NCBI RefSeq assembly: GCF_964355755.1
Contig: NC_092671.1
Span: 35,722,304 to 35,786,303 of the forward strand
From: Antedon mediterranea
Taxonomy: Eukaryota > Animalia > Echinodermata
Reading direction: 5' to 3'
DNA: 64,000 bases
A model generated the notes under the pieces. That model worked only from the letters and a program-made list of their open reading frames with translations. It was not told where the DNA came from and did no database searches. The position numbers were made by a program, and so were the translations under genes. Shown here in pieces: positions 27,169 to 37,600 of the stretch. Position 1 is the stretch's first letter; every line of letters starts with the position of its first letter.

Positions 27169-30100
27169 ATGTTTCGATTCACCAATATTCTCACACGGTG
27201 CAATATAACAAGAACTAGCAACACGAATTCAATATTGATCCGACGATCTATCAACTTAGAAAATGGGCCATACTACGCACCCGCTATCGCAACTAAGACG
27301 ACGGCAGAACAAGAAGAAACAGTAAAGCCATTTGATGCAATTCCAACAAGAAATTCAAATATTTGGCAACTAATAGTTGATTTGATAAAACTCAGACGAA
27401 AAGATTGGTTTACAAGACCAGACCTGATGGTAATATTTTAATTAATTTCTAATGTTACAGTTGACAATAACTTAAGAATATGCATAAGCCATGGAACAAG
27501 ATAAGTAGGCCTATAATCTAGTGAACCACAATCATTATTCTCTAAACATCCATGCTAACTGATTTGACGGCATGGGAAACAACTGGTTTTTCTACAGCCA
27601 AAGATAGATAGAGAGGCCTAATATGCCTTATTATCCTTATCCAGTTGGATGGCCTTACTCCCCCTTTTGCTAGGTGAAGTTCGAAATTACAGTCCTCAGC
27701 AAAGTTATAGTGTATGAGGGAATCACAGCATATGTGTTCTAGATTCACTTTAAATAGAATAATACATTGACTGTATAACTATTTATTGAGAACATATTTT
27801 CATACAAGTATTTCAATTTGTTTAGAGTCAGGAAAACGCCGATAAATATGGACCAATTTTGCGGAATTATCTTGGTGCAGGAAATAGCTACATTGTAGAA
27901 ATATCGGATCCGAATTTAGTAGAAAAGGTGCTCCGGGCGGAAGGTAAATACCCAGAGCGAATGACACTTATACCATGGAAAGACTACCGAGTGACAAGAA
28001 ATATTCCATTAGGACTGTTTCTCCAGTAAGTTGTAATAAAATAGATATAATGATATCTCTTCTTTTATTTTTGTTAAATGTTTTCTTTACTTTTACCATT
28101 TAGAAAATGAAGTATATTCTAACATTAACGTAACACTTTTTTTTTATAGCGATGGGAAAGAATGGCATAGAAATCGCCAAGCAATTGGTAAGCATATTCT
28201 TAAACCTGCAGAAATGTCTCAATACATCCCAGCCATGGTGGAGATTACTAACGATACGATTTCCCGCCTAAGGAGAAACAAGATAGGAGAAGGAGACCGG
28301 AATGATATTGTCCCAGACCTGGAAGAGGATCTATTTAAATGGTCCATGGAAGGTAAGAAATTTGGATAGATGTTATAACGTATTACACGTCTTTTTGGAT
28401 CATGAAGAGTGTAAAAGACCACGTAAAATTATATGGGTTTACAAGTAGGTTATCGATTCAATAACTCACGATTTATTTTTACTGTATTTGTCTAGGAGCC
28501 GTGAAAGTTTTATTAGATAAACGTCTAGGTCTACTGTCCGAGAAGTTAGACAAGCAGTCACAGAAGTTTATAGACGCCATTCAAGACGTGTTTATAACTA
28601 CACTAGATTTGTTCATCTTTACTAATGTGCATAAACGTTTAAATACAAAGCCATGGAAACGACATGTTGAAGGCTGGGATACAACTATCGCAGTTAGTAA
28701 GTAGGCCTAGATAGGAGCAAACACCTTTAATTTCGGTGACATTGAAACAACTACCTTTACGTACACGCATGATGGTGGTTCCTCGTTCTACATTTCGCCA
28801 ATCCATAACTAATTTTATTAATAGGCATGCTGTCACGTCTCCGAGGATATCTTCTTGTGAAATAAGTCCGTCTATTGTTTTTTTTACCGGCAGTTTCTTT
28901 GTAACTAGAGTTTTAATATTGTGAAATCATTTTTGACACCTTTTAGCTAAGGACTTGATCGAACATCATGTGAATGAGATGATGTCGGCAAAAGAGAAAG
29001 GAGAACATTTAGAAACGAATACGTTCTTGGGTGCTTTGATCTCTGGTAGTGATTTAACACGTGCTGAAATTTTCGGTAATCTTTCGGAGCTAATAGGAGC
29101 GGCAATTGACACGGTGATAATTATATCTTTAATATTTAATTAGTTAACGAATTAATTAAATACATTATTCCACAGTGACGTATATGCATATTATAATTAT
29201 AGCCATTATTTTGGTTGGTTAAATTGAAAATAACTACGCAGATCCGAAAACATGTATTGGCAATCAGTCTCTTTATTGTTAAGTTACCAATACGTTTATA
29301 TATTAGATATTTTTTTTAAATGTTAATGTTCTCCTTATAGACGTCGTACACCCTTGTGTGGGTTTTATATTTCTTAGCTCATAATCCTGAATGTCAACAA
29401 AAACTACGAGATGAGATACTTGAAGTATTGCCTGTAAGTAAAAAGATTACTAAAGAAGACTTGGCGAAGTTGGTTTATACGAAAATGGTTATAAAGGAAT
29501 CTATGAGGTACGTGTAGCCTATATGATAGAATCGTGAAATTGGAATATTTATACATCAACCAAAAAAAAACCGAGTATATTCTATCGAGAAAATGTGTGT
29601 TTTTATGTATCCATTTGTAACATGATGGGACCAATCCCTATTAGTCACACAGGCTATTCACCCCTTACTCTCCCCGATGCCTACTTAACTTGAAACACTA
29701 CATTCCTAAGGTGGGTCTTCGAAGGAAAGTCAATCAGGATGTGGTACCATTTAATTAGTCATAATTCCTGTCTCCTTAATAATAAATATATGTTTTGTAT
29801 TAATGACGGGTATTGATTCTTGAGACTATAACATCAGTCAGAATCACTACATTTTTACATTGTTTTATAATCATACTTTTGATTGAATAAATATAATATT
29901 TTATACATTGAATAATTTTGTGCCATCGTTACTGTCTTGGTCCTCGACACGACTACCGTTACACCATTCGAGGACGAAGTTGTAAAGAAATACATTGAAA
30001 ATTGTATCTTTGGAATATTTTTTCCAAGTAAAGTTGATGGAAATGTTGTTGGCTATGATATAATATAAAAGTTATCTTACAAACCAATGGATTATAAGAA

Positions 30101-31392
30101 CGTTTCCCGTTGCAAAGTCACTTAACAATCTCTGACTGGTTTCGAAGTGATGATGATTTTATTTTATTTTGTTAAGATGTCTTATACAGACGGATCTGTC
30201 ACAAGTTTAATTTGTTTTACTGTTTTTGCCTTTAGAGCTATTGACCAACTCGGGCAGCATCTTACGACGAGGCCTGACAAAATCTTGACTCGTCGGTGGT
30301 GCTGTCGGAGGTTAGTCCCGACAAGACGAGGCGTCTCGAGCGTAGTTTTTAGGTCGTCGGGAGAACTTTAAACATGTTTTATTTTCTCCCAACGCTGTCT
30401 GTCTTAACTAAACACGATTACCCTCTTTTAAACGTTTGTATGACAATATTTAATATTTTTTTTGTATTAAACAGATTGGTACCAGTTGCTAGTTCTATAA
30501 CCAGAAAGCTTGATAGTGATATTGTACTCGGTGGCTATCTTGTTCCAGCAAAGGTAAAACATTACTGCCAATGTAACGTTTGTAAAAACCTTACTGTTTT
30601 CCGTCATTCAATGAATAGTTTGATGAGTTTTGTAGTACTGTAATGTATAGTACGTAGTGCAATTTTGGCGCGAAAATAGTACTGCATGTCTTGTCATCAA
30701 GACGTTAAATTGATTTTATTCTCTTTCTTTCTTTTAGACTACAATTGTAATTCAATTTTTTCCCATGGTAAAAAATCCAAAGACGTTTGAAGAACCGTTG
30801 AAGTTTCGGCCAGAACGTTGGGATCGAACAGAGGGAAATACATCACACCCATTTGCCTCGATTCCATTTGGATTCGGTACAAGAATGTGCGTTGGTAAGT
30901 ACCGTATTCCAGAAAACATACTCCCAGAAAGGAAAGACACGTAAAAGAAAGAGTTTTATAATTAAGTTATTTTTAATTATTTAGGAAGAAGATTTGCAGA
31001 GCAAGAAATGCATTTATTGCTTTCAGAGGTAGGTCACTTTTTTCTTTTTCACGGTATTTATTAAAAGGTTTCTCGTTATTTAGGCCTATCTATTTTCTTT
31101 TTTGGGAGCAACCACTTTATTTTTAATTTTCTCTTTATAAACGTGATAAGATTTAAGTTTTTTCATCAACATTTAAATAACAATATTACGTTCTTAAACA
31201 GAGGTATTGTCGTTTCTGAAATTAATTCATAGGCCTATAAAATCGAAATCTACTAAAGTTATACTTTATTTTCCAAAAATGCAGATCATTCGACAGTTTG
31301 ATGTTGTACCGACCAAAAAGGTTGAAATGAAAAGCAAACTCATAATTGTTCCAGCAGAACCTGTCGATCTGAAGTTTGTAGACAGGACATAA
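27169..31392 (+). CDS. Cytochrome P450, mitochondrial clan, copy 3
   Basis: Same exon set and motifs; the first ATG of copy 2 reads ATA here, so the start is two codons later. Confidence 0.92.
29616..29963. mobile_element. Solo LTR (348 bp)
   Basis: TGTAAC...GTTACA inverted termini, 5-bp TSD CCATT (29611-29615 and 29964-29968), internal AATAAA; the empty site is visible in copy 2 at about 24238. Confidence 0.88.
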
Positions 31393-31750
31393 AAAAAAAT
31401 TACTTGACCAACTTGTGAGATTTCTAAAAAAAACTATAACAGTGACGTAGCAGATGATAATAACATTTGTAACAAATTGTTTATTATCATTCATTTTTCA
31501 TGTAATATTTAAATTTTAAAAATGATTATGTACCAAATTATTCTTTAAATTACAGACTAGACCAAGTCTAGTAATTGCTTACGTAAAACGTAAATGTGAT
31601 AATATGATGTGATGTTTGTCTAATAAATTAAAACATTAATTAATTACTTGGGTAATACTTGGTTTATTGAAGCAAATTCTACATTATAGAACACATTTTA
31701 TACCAAAGATTCTATATAGAATATAGGTCTTTACTTTTTTAATGCCGCCG

Positions 31751-34459
31751 CACAGTGGGCCAGAATTGGTTCAAAGTGTGCCAAAAGTCTATACGCATGA
31801 ATAAATACTGATACTGATTACGTTAATTTTTAAAGGATCTAAGGGGTTTTCAGACCCGTTTAATGGAAGTATTATTACCTTAAATAGGTATGACGTAATA
31901 CAAATGGTGTTTTCTGATTGGTTAAGGCGATTGTGCTTGTAATTCTTAAGTCAATTAATATTACATTCACTATTGAAAGTGTAAGGGTTTCTATTACCCG
32001 GGGAAGGGTGAAAGTAAAATTTCCCTCTTCCTTGCTACCCCCAATAAATCTTCTAAATTTTCTTAATAATTATCAGACGTCATAAAATACTAATTTTTGA
32101 TTTTATGACTTTAATTCTCATTGCAATATCATGTGTGATTAATTTGCATCCATGATTGAAACGTACTCAAATTATTTAAAGATCCACAAAGTTCAATGAA
32201 ACCATCTTTTTAATGTTCAGTATTATGTCATTTTGAAATACTATTAATAATAATAATATTGAAAATAGGTTTTTATTGCATGTTACAAATAAGGGTTTAA
32301 TTGACTGAAATATATCACTTATGTTGTCGACTCGTGATATTTTCCTTGCATTTTTTCGTCGACGGACTCTATTGTCTTTGTTCCTTGCTTCTTGAGCCTC
32401 TTTGCGCATCATAGACCTACCTATCGGTAATACAGAACTCGAAATGATTGATGAACTAGAAGAACATTTTATAGTTATACCATGGATAAAGTTGTATATA
32501 ATAATAACTCTGCTGTTTTTCGGCAGTAGTCTCAAATTGTAAATCTCAGCGAACGTCTCCTTTTCCTGGAAAGCTCTGCAAACTGTGTTGCCATCGTTTT
32601 CCTAAACCTTGTTTAGGTTAATCTACTTTCAGTCTTATTTCTTCTTTAAACCGTTCGTGTATTTTTTTCTTCATATCGGCAACGATAGCTTTTTCACTAT
32701 CAGACGAAATACGCCATTTTTTTACTGGCATTCTGTACCCAATATGAATATTCAATTCAAAGCACCTACTCCTTTTGTGTAGTGGCGAGAGCCCATAGCT
32801 GTAGGCTTCTTCGCTTGACGATAGGAGTTTATCCAAATCATTAAACTGTTTTTGGAGTAGCTCCACATATATAACATCGCATTGATGACTTGGTTTCAGT
32901 CAAAGCATTCACGACCTTTTTGTCAATCATGGTGAATTGTAAAATTGTAGTGTATTTAGATGTTGTCTTTTTTGTTTTCATCTGCAGCCAGTTCATAGTT
33001 AATATCAAATCATATTTTCGTTGGTTGCAGCTTCTTTATCTCATCTTGAACATATTCATTCTCTACCTGTAAGAGTTGAGTCGTTTCTTTCTTGAATTGC
33101 AGGTGTATAGGTCGGCAAAATCGCGAGGAAGTATCTTTCTAAATTTTCAACTACTTCTGTAATTTCTTCTTTTCTTTCCTGAACAATTCGAAGTGCAGTT
33201 TGGTCCAGCAAGCTTTGAAGGGGTACTCTTGCCGAATCTTCTTTAACCGTTATATTGTTTGGGTAGCATTTATGCTTAGCTTCACTCACGTTGTTATATG
33301 GTGGGTAAATATCTGCATGTTTGCCTTTTGCAGCCAACCTGTTTGGTATGACTGTTTTGTCATATCAGTTTCAACTAAAAGTGACAAAGCTTCTTAAACT
33401 TGATCGGTTCTGGTTTTTTTTGGATACTAACTTTCTTATTTTAGCTGGTCTTGATTGTGTAAGCAATGCAAACTTCAGCACATATTTTAAATGTGAATTT
33501 TGGTTATAGACTTGTGATGCAGCATAGGGAAGTTCTTCTGGTTCTCCGACTACTAATAGCTGATGAAATGAACTTTGTGATGGCCATACTTGTACCATCT
33601 TCTTCGTAAACAATAAAGAAATGCTTTGATAGTTTTAGTAGACTTAAGTTCTTTTGGTATGTTCTCGTCATTCCTTACATTTTAATGTAAACGCAATTCA
33701 CGTAAACATACATCGCAGGCTAGTTGAGGGTTGGTAAATAACCAGCCGAATGGAGAGCTTCAAAGTTGTATTTTGATATGGAGGCCATGTTACCTGTACC
33801 TACACTTGCTTTTCCAATACAGACGCGTCGTGGAAAGGTTTTCTCTTCGTCAAGTTCGTGCGATTGCGGTACATCAATGTGTCAATGAATGCATTATACA
33901 TTTATTTTAAAACGGCACGCATAGGGACATTTAAATCGCTTTCTATATGCAATGTCGCAAATTGTCGCAGCCAAATTTGGTATTAACGTAAAGCTCAAGC
34001 ATCACTCGAAATATTAATGTCAAAATTAGCGTGGGAATCGACGCGAATCCAAACTATTTTAGTGGTTTTACTTTTAAAATACGATTTTTCGGTATTTTTT
34101 GGCTATATTTGGTGAATTTTAACCCCAAAATAAAGCAATAATGAAAATTTTATTTTTACTTCCTAATATGATTAATAACAGACAACAATTTCATGCAGTA
34201 TCAAATTCTTTGCTGTTTTCTAGAAAAAATAAATGTGAATTTAACTGTTCTTTTTGCTCATTTTAAATGAAATGTCATGGTTTCTTCCAGTTTCCATGGT
34301 TACAAGACACTATTAAAATTTACAAAATATAAAATTATTAGTGGATTTATATATTTTAAGATGTCTTCTTCCTAACCCAATATTAAAAAAATTGGATTGC
34401 CACATTTACCAATTTGGACTTTTGGCACACTTTGAATTGATTCTGGCCCACTGTCTGTG
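31751..34459 (-). mobile_element. Transib DNA transposon, both ends present, non-autonomous/decayed
   Basis: TIRs at 31751-31789 (CACAGTGGGCCAGAATTGGTTCAAAGTGTGCCAAAAGTC) and 34417-34459; GC-rich 5-bp TSD CGCCG (31746-31750 and 34460-34464); internal transposase relics. Confidence 0.95.
32300..33450 (-). pseudogene. Transib transposase (RAG1-core-like) pseudogene
   Basis: Motifs in order across frames: YPPY..VSEAKHKCYP..VPLQSLLDQT, TSSRFCRPIHLQFKKET, TMIDKKVVNALTETKSSMRCYICGATPK, GLSPLH..CFE..HIGYR..KKW, VD*PKQG..NDGNT, LPIG..EAQEARNKD..ARKISR. Frameshifts, a stop codon and apparent loss of the first catalytic-Asp segment. Confidence 0.92.
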
Positions 34460-34683
34460 CGCCGGTGACCCGCGCCGTGTGTTTATTTTATTGCGCGTTA
34501 GATGAAGTTTGACGCGTGTGTTGAAAGATTCGAATCGCGCTCTTTCTAAAGAACGTTACGATTTTTGTGTCATTAATAATTAATGTGTACTGTATTTAAT
34601 TATAATTATTAATAGGCCTAAACCTATTATGGCCTCAACATGTTAAATTTGACTTAGCTAAGTCGTAGAAATTCTATTTTAAA

Positions 34684-37600
34684 ATGAAATGTTTGACAAA
34701 ATTTTGCGATTTGTACAAAGCAGGTAAGTTGAACAAAAACAACTTTTTACCTTTTAAGTTAAGAGGATGTCGTGGAGACAGCCTAGGCTAGGCTAGAAGC
34801 CTAGGCCTAGGGCCTAACTAATAAGGTTTATCGCAAATAGCGTGTGCGATGTATGGTGGGATGGATTTGGTTGTACGTACGCGTCGTGACGTTTGCTTCC
34901 AAACCCTTCCCATCATGCATTGTGCAAGCTATTTGCGATAAGCCTTATTAGCCCTGGCTAGAAAATGATGAAATAAAATAAAATTAATAAATAAAGGCCT
35001 AGGATGTAGCAGGCCCGTAGCCAGGGGGGGTTTTTATGGTTCGGGCGAACCCCCCCCCCCCCCTTTACAGCGAACCCCCCTTAACCGACTGCGAACCCCC
35101 ATCCCCGACATGCCCAATACCTCACCCTCATCTCCGAAAATCGTCCAAATACGTGCCCCACAGTACAAAAAGTTGTTCGTAAATTGAAAAATTCGTAAAC
35201 TCGTTCGAAATAACTCATACAGTACCTTCTTCCCTGTATGAGCGTACTTCGAGCGATACGTGTCTGTAAATTTCTAAGATTTGCAAATGAATTGCCGATT
35301 TTAACCTGAAAAATAAATGTTTGGTCCCTGCATGTAACATGATATTGACGCGTCTCACAGCGAGCTGGGGCACGAACGATTCGTACAAAGGACACCGCCA
35401 GACAACTGCGTACCAATTGTTTAGATCACTGGCAGTCAGACAGCATGCATAAAGTATATAGCCTTCCGACATACATCAGTATTTATGTGTGGCTATGAAG
35501 TGTAATGTATCATAGAGGATTATAGTGAATATTAATATTTTACACTATAATATCTATGGTATCATGTACTGTAGTTCACATTATGGCATCCGATTATTTT
35601 TTTTCTAGACCACCAGCCGATACGTACTCAAATGTATCAATATCACCTATTTACATTGGCATAATTAATTTCCTCAACAAATTGCTGTAAATAAATATTC
35701 AGATAGAGCTATAATAAGAATTGCATTTGCCTTCACCCAGTGTGCTTTTTTCGGGGCTTCTCCTAGACGTACGTTCGCATTGAACTTGAACGCAAAACAA
35801 AATATCGAGTAAATGATCAAACAATCGGCGGCTCCGCACAGAGCACGCGCATCTAACATACGGCAATAAATGTTATCGTTTAAATAGTCCACGAGTCCAA
35901 GTACGATCGTTTTGCTCATTGGTAGCATGCTGCATGAGAGTGTCTTTTCCGGCCATCTAGGGGTGTCATTTAACAAAATTCGCTTCGCCTCAGGCCCCAC
36001 CCCAGGGGGGGGGGGGGGGGGGCGGGGGGTTGACCCAAATACTTAGTGTCCGAACCCCCCCTTGACAAATCCTGGCTACGGCCCTGTGTAGGCTAGGCTA
36101 GTTATATACTAGGCCTATAGGACCGTTTGGATTTTTAAAAATATATTTTTCATTTCTTTATTTTTAGCGGTCAAACGTTGTATGCAAGGTTGGTGTCCGT
36201 GCATTTATCGATTTTTTCGGAGCAAAGATAATGAATACCAAATTATTAAGGGCTTATTTGGCCTCATCCTTGGTGCTGGTGTTGGAGCAGGTTCGTTTAA
36301 ATTATTATTTTTTTTATTATTATCATTCTAGCTTAGGCCTAATGAATAAATAAAAATAAAATGCAGCAAAGTGACATTAGGCCTACATAATAAATTCATA
36401 GGAAATAATAATTATATAAAATTATTTATAATCTAAATAATGCTTTCCTATTTCTAAAGCTCTTCACTTCGTAGTTCTGGTTAAGATCGAACATATACCG
36501 AAGGCTTACCAGTACCACGTAGCCGGAGCGGTGATGGCAGTGTTTGGCCTTGCATGTTCCTTGTCTGTTTCAGCAAGATGTATACTTGTTTTAATTTTCC
36601 CGAACTTTTTCGGGAAGAACGGTAGAAATACTGTGACTACATTTGCGATTATGTATCTCATGACAGGTGTGTTACTGTTAGAATTTTTTTTATTAATCTT
36701 TCTGTTATGCAGAATGTTTGTAATGCATCTATGTATGCCTACTGTATGAGTCTCAAACTACAACAGTTTTTCCATTCACTCGTAAACATTTCTCTCTAAA
36801 TTATGGAATCGCCTATACCCTAGGTCCAGCATCAAACATCATAGCCAATGCAGAAGAGTCTGCTCGCGCCATATCGTGTACGGCTGCTTTAAGTTTTAAC
36901 CACAGTAAAACTGCATTTGAATTGATGCACAAGCCGCTTGTTGCTGCATTTAGAGATATGCAGGTGAGAATAAGGCGTGTGATTCCCACTAGAACGCAAC
37001 GCAACGTGTCGACGCAAAGTGCTATTTTGCATAATCACAAGTGGGAACCGATGACGCAACAATGCTGCAAACATAGCAGGTTTGATTTCACGCAGGCGGG
37101 GGCATACACAACTGTGGAAAGGGCACTTTCTTACGTTACGTAGGTTGCGTTATGTTGCGTTGCTAGTGGGAACAAAGAATTATGAAATATAAAATATGAA
37201 TTCTTCCGTTTTTCATAAACACACAGTTCAATGCACAAACGGTCGTTGATAATCTAAAATATATGATGATATATTGTTGTTATGTAATTATAATTAAAAA
37301 GCGCCAAACTGGACACCTAGGAACTACTTACAAGTTGTGTCCGCCCAATAACAGATATTTGACTTGAATTTTCATTTACAGAAAAATACAAAAGAAGTAA
37401 AGCAGGTTACCTCTGGTCTGAGAGCAAATTTTAAAGTAATGAGTAAAGATTTAAAACCCCCAAATTTGCCACCTCCTCCCCCTCCGGACGAACCAGTCAA
37501 ATCATCCTCACCAAGAGCTAGTAAAATTCAAATTGATTTTTCGAAGCGAATGAGTAGCAAATGTGATGGTAAGTGTGATTGAACTTGATTAGACATTTTA

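Noticed and set aside
31751-34459. ProtoRAG (RAG1L+RAG2L) transposon
   Set aside because: Only 2.7 kb between the TIRs; no kelch/PHD RAG2-like or RING relic seen, and the motifs are Transib-type.
35081-36000. ORFs inside the intronic TIR element as a transposase
   Set aside because: Short, with no recognisable DDE or zinc-finger motifs.
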